Assembly (NCBI RefSeq): GCF_032062105.1
Contig: NW_026931074.1
Coordinates: 345,587 to 409,586 of the forward strand
Length of the DNA: 64,000 bases
Direction: 5' to 3'
Source: Saccostrea cucullata
Taxonomy: Eukaryota
The notes beneath the pieces are model-generated. The model was not told the origin of the DNA. It was given only the letters and a program-made list of their open reading frames with translations, and ran no database searches. The position numbers and the translations under genes were made by a program. Shown here piece by piece: positions 12,781 to 23,299 of this stretch. Position 1 is the stretch's first letter. Each line of letters starts with the position of its first letter.

Positions 12781-14110
12781 CTGTCTGTCGGTCTGTCGGT
12801 CGGTCTGTCGGTCCACTTAGTTTCCGTTCATTTTCTTCACAACCCTTGCACATACTGAAATGAAATTTGGTATACAGATATATCACATGAATATCTAGGT
12901 CAAGTTTTGTTTTGGGTACAATCACACCTTATTTGACAGAGTTATGCCCCTTGGACTTAGAAAAAATTTCAATTATTTGCAGTTTCCGTTCATTTTCTTC
13001 GCAACCGTTGCACACACTGAAATGAAATTTTGTATACTGATATATCACATGGATATCTAAGTCAAGTTCTGTTTTGGGTACGATAGCACCATTTTTGACA
13101 GAGTTATGCCCCTTGGACTTAGAAAAATTTCAATTATTTGCAGTTTCCGTTCATTTTCTTTGCAACAGTTGCACACATTGACATGAAATTTGGTATACAG
13201 ATTTATCAGATAAGTATCTAGGCCAAGTTCTGTTCTGGGTACGCATCATTTTTGACAGAGTTATGCCCCTTGGACTTAGAAAAATTTCAATTATTTGCAG
13301 TTTCCAGTCATTTTCTTCACAACCATTGCACACACTGAAATGAAATTTTGGATACAGATATATCACATGAATATTTAGGTCAAGTTCTGTTTTGTTTATG
13401 ATCCGCACCATTTTTGACAGAGTTATGCTCCTTGGACTTAGAAAAATTTCAATTACTTGCAGTTTCCATTCATTTTCTTCGCAATCGTTGCACATACTGA
13501 AATGAAATTTAGCGTACAGATTTATCAGAGGTATATCTAGACCAAGTTCTGTTCTGGGTACGATCGCACCATTTTTGACAGAGTTATGCCCCTTGGACTT
13601 AGAAAAATTTCAATTATTTGCAGTTTCCAGTCATTTTCTTCACAACCATTGCACACACTGAAATGAAATTTTGGATACAGATATATCACATGAATATTTA
13701 GGTCAAGTTCTGTTTTGTTTATGATCCGCACCATTTTTGACAGAGTTATGCCCCTTGGACTTAGAAAAATTTCAATTACTTGCAGTTTCCATTCATTTTC
13801 TTCGCAATCGTTGCACATACTGAAATGAAATTTAGCGTACAGATTTATCAGAGGTATATCTAGACCAAGTTCTGTTCTGGGTACGATCGCACCATTTTTG
13901 ACAGAGTTATGCCCCTTGGACTTAGAAAAATTCCAATTATTTGCAGTTTTCCTTCATTTTCTTTGTAGAGGTTGCACATACTGAGATGAAATTTGGTATA
14001 CAGATTTATCAGATAAATATCTAGATCAAGTTCTGTTTTGGGTACAATCGCACCATTTTTGATAGAGTTATGCCCTTTTGGATTTAGAAAAATTCCAATT
14101 TGGGGGGAGG
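12781..14110. repeat. Satellite array of about 8 units of about 160 bp, with a 322-bp higher-order repeat; preceded by a (GTCT/GTCG)n microsatellite at 12781-12815
   Basis: Unit cagtttccgttcattttcttc..ttgcacatactgaaatgaaattt.gtatacagat.tatca...tatctag.caagttctgttttgggtac...caccatttttgacagagttatgccccttggacttagaaaaatttcaattatttg recurs at about 12820, 12980, 13141, 13299, 13460, 13621, 13782 and 13942. 13299-13620 and 13621-13940 are near-identical. The minus-strand ORFs here are repeat artefacts. Confidence 0.85.
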
Positions 14111-14341
14111 GGGGCATAAGTGTTTTACAAACATCTCTCGTCTTTTATTATATGTTTCAAGTCTACTTTGATAAAATGTGTGCTGTTCCTAGAATCCGGG
14201 ATTTTTTCGTACTTGATGTATATTGTGAATTTATGTGGATTAAGGACATGAGGAAACACTTTCATAAAGATGTGAAATTGCACTGAAATTAAATGACATT
14301 TTGATAATTATTTTGATTATAAGATATAGACTGTTAAATTA

Positions 14342-14562
14342 CTGTAAACCAGCTTTTATTTGCGACGACTTTATTTCGCGATTTACCACGGATAAACTAG
14401 TTTGCAACGATTTATTTTCATGATCAAGCCTTTTTGGATCGGTTTTGTTAATAGACACATATACACTTTAAGGACCGGTTCACGGCGAGAAATATTCGTG
14501 ATGACGTGCCTCTCGCGAACTTCGCGAAAATTTCTCGCATGCGAATAAAAGTTGGTTTACAG
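14342..14562. mobile_element. Stowaway/Tc1-mariner-like MITE (221 bp) with about 25-bp TIRs and TA TSD
   Basis: TIR ctgtaaaccagcttttatttgcga (14342-) matches the reverse complement of tcgcatgcgaataaaagttggtttacag (-14562). TA at 14340-41 and 14563-64. Interior is CpG-rich (cgcgaacttcgcgaaaatttctcgc). Confidence 0.55.
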
Positions 14563-15715
14563 TATATGTTATTTGTTTGATTCACGTAAATGAGTTTGGC
14601 ACAACTACCGGTACCGATTCTGTTTATTGTGGAAGTGATGGCATTATAGTAAAATGTCAGAACTCTGTAAAATTCTTCAGACAGCTTCAGACTGTTCTTT
14701 CAATGACTGTTATGGTTTATTCACAGATTTTATAGGTATAAATATTATATATATATATATATATGCATCATATTATGAAATATTAATGTCTGTATTGGAC
14801 AGTTTTTCAGTCCAGGAAGAAAGTCACAGTTTTGCTATATTATAACACTTATAGGTTGTTCTCTAGAATGTAACACTAATTTTTTTTTTAGGGGTGAGAG
14901 TTTCTTTATAGAGAGGAGAGATATTTCTTTATTCTTTATTTGACTGTGATGTATTCATTATCATTATTTATGTAAAGGAGGTATATTTATTTACAAGTTC
15001 AAATAAACACTTTCTACCAGAATGTTTTATTTCTTACTTGAAGCAACTCGTATAGCTTTAACATGATCATTTTATATGCAAACTTACATGCAACAAAGTT
15101 GCAACATCTCTACAGTATCAAATGTCAGCTTAGGAATTTACAAAACATTTAAATCATATGGTGATTAGAAGTGTATGTTCTAGATGCAGCATCTAGCTAC
15201 ACTAGTTTGGTCAAGGTAGACTTCAATACTTGGGCATGCTAGATGGCTCTTAGAATCAAAAGCAAGAAAGATAATCTGTGTCCACCTTTGGGCTTATTAG
15301 GCAAGCTAGAAATTTAAAAAATTTTGAAAATCACTTTCTAGATATAATGGGATTTCTTGAAGAGAAAATAACAGTGATCAACTGCAGCATCTAGGAGCAG
15401 GTCTGCATTTTATATTCTCGAAATGTCTAAAGTTTTCCAGGCTTTTTTTTATTTTTAGTATTTTGATATTTTATGTTTTCCTAACATGTAAAATGTCAAA
15501 ATCGTTTTTTTTTAAAAAAAAAAAAAAAAGCCCCATATACATAAGATATTTCAGACTAATTTTAAAATAAAAATAAATTTCCCACTCTAAGCAATTCACA
15601 TAAATTATTCACATTCTCCCAAATCCTTAAGCCAGGGTCACACCTTTCAAATAAACATTAATGTTTGCTATTTCTCATTCAGAAGCAATCGACAATAGTT
15701 TTTTTCATCCTAACT

Positions 15716-16395
15716 GTATAAAACTAGAGGTACTGTGAGCGATGAGCTCACTAAATGATACCCCCCGCCTCGCATATGGTTATAACTGGTGAAAAAGTCC
15801 AAGTTTTCCTGTGGCCGGGAAACCCAAAATATGTGTCGGATCAAAAAGTAAAATAGGAGGTGCACAATGGCAATATGTAATAAAGATTCTGTGAAAGTTT
15901 CATCAAATTTCATTCAGTGGTATGAGAGGAGTTGCGGATAAGAGATGGGTACCCCAAAGCGTAACAGACGGACGGACGGACGGACCCACGAAATGCAGGT
16001 TATGTGATTGACAAATTTATGTGACTTTTTCCAAATTTATGTGACTTTTTCCAAAAAAATTATGTGGCGCAAAACATGATACATGGGGTAAGGGAGGTAA
16101 ATCTCAAAACCTTTTGACGGACGTCCATATACGGACAATATTGTCCGTATTTTTTTATGTGACACTTCTTTAGAGTGATTTTTAAGTCACATAACACTCA
16201 TTTCTGCTAAAAAAAATCAAATTTGTATGTGACAGTCACATAAAACAAAAGAGTCACATAAATCTTAAATGGGCACAAAAACTGTCACTTAACCATTATT
16301 TCGTGAGAACGGACGGACGGACAGACGGACGGACAGACGGACGGACGGACGGAAATCCCGATCACTATATACCCTCCCGCTTTTCAAGCGGGGGG
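15716..16395 (-). mobile_element. SINE-like element, (GTCC)n-microsatellite family, copy in reverse orientation, interrupted by a nested MITE
   Basis: 15716-15986 carries tail through microsatellite (..cctctagtt tail as aactagagg; gggaggcggggggtatc as gataccccccgcctc; cggacggacgg). 16306-16395 carries the remaining microsatellite plus the hairpin head (cccgcttttcaagcggggggtata). The two halves are separated by the insertion at 15987-16305. Confidence 0.6.
15987..16305. mobile_element. Nested MITE (about 319 bp) inserted into the (CGGA)n tract of the SINE-like copy
   Basis: Terminal inverted repeats cacgaaat..ggttatgtgattgac and gtcacttaaccattatttcgtg. Internal palindromes (gacggacgtccatatacggacaatattgtccgtat) and repeated tatgtgac motifs. 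Its flanks rejoin as a continuous (cgga)n microsatellite. Confidence 0.45.
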
Positions 16396-16737
16396 TATAA
16401 ATATGATGAAATTCTGACAGAACTGAGGAAATTCCAGAAAATGTCCTACTTCTGAACGCAACAACTTCTAGTTGCTTTCATGTAAGCTTTGAATCCAAAT
16501 TAGTGCTGGTTTTAAAGCAAGCACCATTTTAAGTTCTCAACTACAAACTATCATAATTTTACTGCAGTGATCGATCTGATTTTTACATCAATACCGGGCC
16601 AGATTTGGACGTTACCCTGCCTTGTCCTTTCTGACCCGTGTGTAGGTTGGGTTTAGAATGGAGGGACATTGGCTAAACCTTGGCACAAAGCTAGAAAAAG
16701 GTCTAAACATGCGTTATAGGTCCTTGATTTAGGGTCA

Positions 16738-17139
16738 TTATACCCCCCGCCTGAAAAGCGGGAGGGTATATAGTAATCGGTATGTCCGTCCGTCTGTACG
16801 TCCGTCCGTCCGTCCGTCCGTCTGTTACGCTTTTTCTCTTATCCGCAACTCCTCTTATACTACTGAGTGAAATTTAATGAAACTTTCACAGAATCTTTAT
16901 TACATATTGCCATTGTGCACCTCCTATTTTACTTTTTTATTCGACACGTATTTTAGGTTTCCCAGAGCAAAACATGGACATTGCCATTTTTTGTTTACCT
17001 ATGACGTCACATAATAGAAGCTTCTGGATAACATTTCATAGGACGAGTTATTACCCTAAAACTATATAAAGCAACACATCGACATTATGGGAGGCGGGGG
17101 TATCATTTAGTGAGCTCATTGCTCACAGTACCTCTAGTT
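16738..17139 (+). mobile_element. SINE-like element, (GTCC)n-microsatellite family, full copy in forward orientation
   Basis: Head ataccccccgcctgaaaagcgggagggtatatagtaatcg, then (gtcc/gtct)n, then ttacgctttttctcttatccgcaactcct...attgccattgtgcacctcctatttt body, and tail gggaggcgggggtatcatttagtgagctcattgctcacagtacctctagtt. Head-to-head with the copy at 15716-16395, forming an about 1.4-kb palindrome. Confidence 0.6.
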
Positions 17140-17569
17140 GAGATACTTTCTCTTCAGAAAATAAAGAGCACAAGCTTGCCTATCTGAGATTTTTTAATCA
17201 TAAAATGCATCTGATACTAGTTTATACAAGCTAATTCAGAGAATCTGTGTCCCCCGCTTAGGGAATTCGTAAACGCATTTCGGGGGGGAGAGGGGATCGA
17301 GTCGGATCCCCCTGACTGGATTATTATGCCATTATTGTAGAAGTATTAAATGTATACATGTATACTGAAACAAATGAAATATGCCAGTATGGATATAAAG
17401 ATTTGATTGCTTATTCTTTATTATGTGTATAGAAGATCCTTTTTATATGGAATATTTATCACACTGTAATGATGATTTTATGAGTTTGTGCAAGCCAGAC
17501 CTCATAAATTTTTCATTTCATATGCTATCATTTATTAAAAAAAAAAGTATTTCGAAAAAAAAAGAAAAT

Positions 17570-17650
17570 GGTTCGTCCGGGATTTGAATCCGGCACCTCT
17601 CACATGTGAAGCGAGAGACATACCACTAGACCACAGAGCTACTTGCCGCA
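17570..17650 (-). pseudogene. tRNA-like retro-fragment or pseudogene (canonical D-loop through 3' CCA, then a T-run); anticodon loop reads CAC (Val-like)
   Basis: Minus strand reads ...GTAGCTCTGTGGTCTAGTGGTATGTCTCTCGCTTCACATGTGAGAGGTGCCGGATTCAAATCCCGGACGAACCA followed by TTTTCTTTTTTTTT. TGGTCTAGTGG D-loop, 7-bp anticodon stem with TTCACAT loop, and GGATTCAAATCC T-arm are recognisable. The 5' acceptor strand does not pair with the 3' end and CCA is genomically encoded. Confidence 0.4.
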
Positions 17651-17861
17651 CAAGAAAATTAAATGCTAAAAATGAAGTCACATACATGTATATATTCATG
17701 TTCGATATTGTCAAAATTTTACACAATGAATGGTGTCTAATGTAACCTTTATTAAACAGTTCTAATAGATGTAATAAGAATATAAAATCCGCCGAGAACC
17801 TGTTTTATACGCAATAACTCTCCTCATGCCCCTGTACTAAAAATAGCGACATGTAAGAAAT

Positions 17862-18830
17862 CCAGTCAAAGCGTTCCCAATTAAAACCGTCCCGGTCAAA
17901 GCGTTGCCTGATTTTGGTCAAAGCGTACCATGATTTTGGTCAAAATGTCCCCAGATTTTGGTCAAAGCGCCCCCTGACATATTTTATAGAAATATGATAC
18001 TACAAAACCGCCCCCCGATTTTGGTCAAAGCGTCCCTTGATTTTGGTCAAAGCGCCCCCTGACATATTTTGATAGGAAAACATAGTTTCTAAACCGCCCC
18101 CTGATTTTGGTCAAAGCGTCCCTTGATTTTGGTCAAAGCGCCCCCTGACATATTTTATAGAAATATGATACTACGAAACCGCCCCCTGATTTTGGTCAAA
18201 GCGTCCCTTGATTTTGGTCAAAGCGCCCCCTGATTTTGGTCAAAGCGCCCCCTGACATATTTTGATAGGAAAACATAGTTTCTAAACCGCCCCCTGATTT
18301 TGGTCAAAGCGTCCCTTGATTTTGACCAAAGCGCCCCCAGATTTTGGTCAAAGCGCCCCCTGACATATTTTGACATATTTTTATAGGAAAAATAGTTTCT
18401 AAACCGCCCCCTGATTTTGGTCAAAGCGTCCCTTGATTTTGGTCAAAGCGCCCCCTGATTTTGGTCAAAGCGCCCCCTGACATATTTTGATAGTTTCTAA
18501 ACCCCCCCCAACTGATTTTGGTCAAAGCGTCTCTTGATTTTTGGTCAAAGCGCCCCCTGACATATTTTGATAGGAAAACGTAGTTTCTAAACCACCCCCT
18601 GTATGATTTTGGTCAAAGCGCCCCCACTCAAATTTGTTGTGTGAAAAAATGATGTTATTAAATTGTCCACAAAGCGCCCACTCGTTTTGGTCAAAGAGCC
18701 CCAGACATACTTTGTTTGAAAAAAAAAAATTATGTATTCAATCGCCCCCGAAATATTGGTCAAAGCGTCCCGTGATTTCGGTCTAATCGTCCCCTAATTT
18801 CGACCAAACCGTTCCCTAATATACCGGTAA
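17862..18830 (+). repeat. Left terminal satellite array of the foldback-like element (22-bp units, gattttggtcaaagcgcccc.t)
   Basis: About 40 tandem units with periodic tgacatattttataggaaaacatagtttctaaaccgcccc spacers. ORF 18218-18424 is an artefact of this array. Confidence 0.85.
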
Positions 18831-20956
18831 TTTCTAGTTTTAAACATTATGGAATGGAATGTAATATGTTGAAAAAGAATTTGAAATTTGAACTTGACGA
18901 TCGAAGTTTTCTATTAGGGAAATGCGTAAAAAAAACTTCTCCATCGTTGCACACATACATATGTAAGACTGTATATTTGCATAATTTGGATTTCAATTAT
19001 TATTACATACGGCCAAAGGATGTATTCGCTTCGACAAAAGAACTGACCTATAAGAGAGACAAATTTGAATTTCATACCTAAAATTACTTTATTACAACTT
19101 TACAATAAACCTCCAAAGTTGGTTGAAACTCAAATTTGTCCGTTTAAGCGTTGATTTTTGCATGAATTTTGGTCTAGAAGTCCTTCAGGGCAGGCCTGCC
19201 CCTAAATAAAATTGTGATATTTTGATAGGTTATGATGTAAGAAATGATTTAAGATAGGATTTTTTTAGGGGCACCCCTGCCCTAGGGTCGAAATTCACAA
19301 AAAACCTACAAAATCTAAGGAAACCAGATTTTGAAAATCTGATTCAAATTTATACCGATAATTCTTATAGACGGACTACCTCAGTTGATATATGAGTTGG
19401 TTTTACATCGTGAAGTGCTTCTTTTTAAAGTCGCTGGTTTAAAACTAGATATGTCCAAGACCCGAATCATAGACAAGAAAGAAATAACCACGGAAACCAT
19501 CCATGAAGATCATGTAATTTGATTCTTGATACAGATTGTGCAACCATCATAACAATTTCTACAATACTAATCATTTTAACAATTTCTACAATACTTATCT
19601 GAGGAGGAAGAACTGGAAAAAAATTATTTGCAGCTCTGGGGCGTATTGTGTGGTATGTTGTATAAATGTAAATTGACGATCTTTTCAATAGTTTGATAAA
19701 CATGCATTTGTAATAAATTCGGAATTTCCTTTATCCATATTTTCTTAAAATTCATTTATTTAATCAGATATGTAAAAATTTACTAATTCTGATTTTGTGG
19801 CCCTGGTTCATAATATCCCACCTCAGAGTGTGTATAGCGCACGTGCCAATCTTCTCACTTGTCATGTACCTAATTATGTAATACCACATAATATTACGCA
19901 CAGGTATACAGGAAGATCGATCATTAAGTTTCAATGAGATTTGAAGTCTGTGTATACACAGTAAACATGAATTCAGACATTCATATCATTGTAAACAAAT
20001 TTTAACAATAATGAATTTTTATAAAACAATAATATATAGCGAGAATATTTGGAACTTTCGATGGATTATTGCAGCCCGGAGGACCGGGCTGCTCTATACA
20101 TATAAGTTTAAGTGTTGGTGTATGGGGATTGGGATGGGAGTAGTTATTTAGAATTGAAGGTTTTCTCAACATTTAAAAGATTGTTAATCAAAATGTTCTT
20201 TACGTTTAAAAATTACGAGATATATAATATATTTACTTCCATAAAGTGAATCTGTAAAAAAATATATATGTTTTTCATATTTAATATATAAAGTTGCTTA
20301 TCATTTACTATCGAAAAAACGACAGGTCCCTTTTTTTAGAACATCGAATTTTACTTCTCGGATAAAAACGTACTCTGCACAGTTCGTATTTTATATTCTA
20401 AAATTGAAAATTAATACATTTTTAAATATAGGTGATGCGTGTGTTTAACTTCAATTTATATTTTATACAGCCAACATTTACTTGAGGAATTGATCAAGTT
20501 TAAAATGGTATCTTTTTTTTATTTACTTTTATCCGACTACAAGTTTTCAAAATATTCGCGACTATCGTCTCCATCAATTAGACGCATGCCTTTTCACACA
20601 CATCAAAGCGGTTTGATGATCAAGACTCATTTTCATTTTTTACTTTATATATTTCCCGGGCGACAATTGATGGTAACGTCAATGTTTTCTTGTTTTTTCT
20701 TTAAAGTCGCTTAACCCGAAACAGGCACATATCTTACACAATATCAAAAGTACGTCATTACATAGACAATATATAAAAATAAATTATAAGATTGATTTAA
20801 TGGTTTATTACAACTATCCTTACATGAAAAAGCAAATCAAAAACCTTATTGACAAACAGTAGTTCCTGACGGAAGTTAAGATCTGTTGTGAAGTCAATTT
20901 TGAATAAAATAAGTTTATCGGATATATCTAATAATGAAGATAATTCAAACCCGATT

Positions 20957-21315
20957 ATTATACCCCCCGCTTGAAAAGCGGGAGGGTATATAGTAATCGT
21001 TAATTCCGTCCGTCTGTACGTCTGTCCGTCCGTCCGTCTGTCCGTCCGTCCTTCCGTCTGTCCGTCTGTCCGTCTGTTACGCTTTGGGGTACCCATCTCT
21101 TATCCGCAACTCCTCTCATACCACTGAATGAAATTTGATGCAACTTTCACAGAATCTTTATTACATATTGCCATTGTGCACCTCCTATTTTATTTTTTGA
21201 TCTGACAAATATTTTGGGTTTCCTGGCCATCGCAAAACATGGACTTTGCCATTATAATCATATGGGAGGCGGGGGGTATCATTTAGTGAGCTCATTGCTC
21301 ACAGTACCTCTAGTT
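20957..21315 (+). mobile_element. SINE-like element, (GTCC)n-microsatellite family, full copy inside the foldback-element core
   Basis: Head ataccccccgcttgaaaagcgggagggtatatagtaatcg, then (gtcc/gtct)n at 21001-21075, then ttacgctttggggtacccatctcttatccgcaactcc... and tail ...gggaggcggggggtatcatttagtgagctcattgctcacagtacctctagtt followed by a T-run. Confidence 0.65.
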
Positions 21316-23299
21316 TTTTTTTCTCTATTAGTAGAAGCCTTAGTCATAATACATCTTTTCAAAATTAAGAAATTAATTGAATATAATCCAAAGCAATTTT
21401 TTTTATCAATATGCATATTTAAAGAATAAAGGAAAATCAGATATTTTAAATGATTTTTTTAAAGGAGCTAGAATATTGTCCGTGTACAGGTAATATATAT
21501 GCACTTTGTTGTGAAAAAAATGCTCGGGTTTGTTCTTCATGAGATAAACATGTAAGCGATAAATTTAATTTTTCGAAGGTGATTTCACGCTATATCAACA
21601 ATGATCAACAAAGGATTATTTTTTGTGTGACCTAACAAAAATTATTTTTTTAACTTTTGAATTTTGATATCTTTTAAAGGAAAAAGACTTTGGGGATATA
21701 ATTTGACAAAAGTTGAAACAATTTATGGACAATTATTTTTCAAGAAGAAAAACGAATATATATTTTTAGCGATTAGAATCGGACCAAGCGGCTTTAATTG
21801 AAATAAATGAATGAAAAATAGATTATTTTCATCACTTTTCTTAAATCATCGAGTTCTTTGCCTAGACGAAGAAATTGTGAAACGTTGAAATGTTAATTAA
21901 GATGAAAAATAACGTGTTTTATATTTTGAAAATTAGTAACTTTTTAAAAAGTTTATTATTTTCATGACAGCCCAGATCGCTTATACATGTTGCATACATG
22001 GTATAAACACATCATGCTTTCAGTAAATTTTACACTACAGACTATTCTTTGACGTTACTTATCTGAAAAAATGATAAAATAAAAACCCCATACCGAATTA
22101 TTAGGTATGGGTTTCAAGTTTGTTTGTTTGTTTTTTTTTTTCGAGATGTGTGGAACATCAGGTGCATTTATGTGTTATTTGTTTTTTCTTTAGAATTTGA
22201 TTTACCTTATGAACCTTTTCTCTAAATGAATGAATAGGAATGATTTTGAACATACAGGTATAAACGATATTTTGTACACATGTCATGTACATACTGATTT
22301 TCTTACTCATTTCGTTTATTTCCTTCTCTGCTTGATGTATACATGGATGTGTAGGAATAGTTTAATTTATACCATTTCTCTTACCTGTAAAATTTTATAT
22401 TTATTTTTATAACTTTGTTGCATATAATAAGGTAATATAACCTGAAAATCAGAAATAATAATTATTTCATTGATGTTTAAAAAGTTTAACCAGTTTAATT
22501 AACATTGAATATTTCAGATTCTGATTCAAATCAACTACGGAAACCCGTGAATCGCACAGTTTTTACTGCATGTGTGCTCCTGAGTCATTGTAAATTCTAT
22601 AAATAAATACGAAATTAATAATATTTTTATTATAAAAAAGAAAGAAAGAAAAACATGATGTCCATGGTCTTCACACAGCAGTTCCTATTGTCAAGTAAGA
22701 GTTATCTCCTTAAATGCTGTATACTCTTATATCAAACACTAAATGAATAAAATATATATTTAATTTTTTTTTTATTAATTTTTTGTCAAATGTTACCCAA
22801 ATAATTTTGAAAAGTAACATTTCAAATTGTAAAGAGAAATTAGAGAAACAACGCCGCATGCGTTTGATTTTTCGTCAGGCATGCTCCACGCCGTATGCAA
22901 ACTTTAAAACGATTAAAAACTCCATTCTGTGCTTTTAACATTATTTTTGTTTCCTAAAACATTAACTACAGGGTATGAAAAAGTAATATACCTAACAAAA
23001 AACAAATTAATTCCATTAATAACACGGCAGGCGTATACATTTTCTCGGCAGGCGCATTTTCCCCTGGCAGGCGTCGGCAGGCGTATTTTATGTGCTTGAT
23101 TAGAAATTTTTCCTTGATCGTATCCACCGTGTTTATACTTTATAGATCCTTATATTCATACACCTGTTGTATTTAAAAGAAAGTTACAGATTATGAAAAT
23201 GTGTATGTGAGCATCAACATTTATTTTTAAAATTAGCTATCATATTTTGACTCTGGGACGTCAGGAAAAAATATACATATAACAGCAAATTCCGTTTAA

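Noticed and set aside
13151-14117. Three minus-strand ORFs of 85-114 aa (13151-13495, 13537-13818, 13860-14117) with near-identical peptides
   Set aside because: They are in-frame read-through of the 160-bp satellite monomers. The peptide repeats simply mirror the DNA tandem repeat. No start context, no splice signals, no domain.
17570-17650. Functional tRNA-Val(CAC) gene
   Set aside because: No 5' acceptor strand complementary to the 3' end, degenerate D-stem, an extra nucleotide in the T-arm and a genomically encoded CCA. Annotated instead as a tRNA-like retro-fragment or pseudogene.
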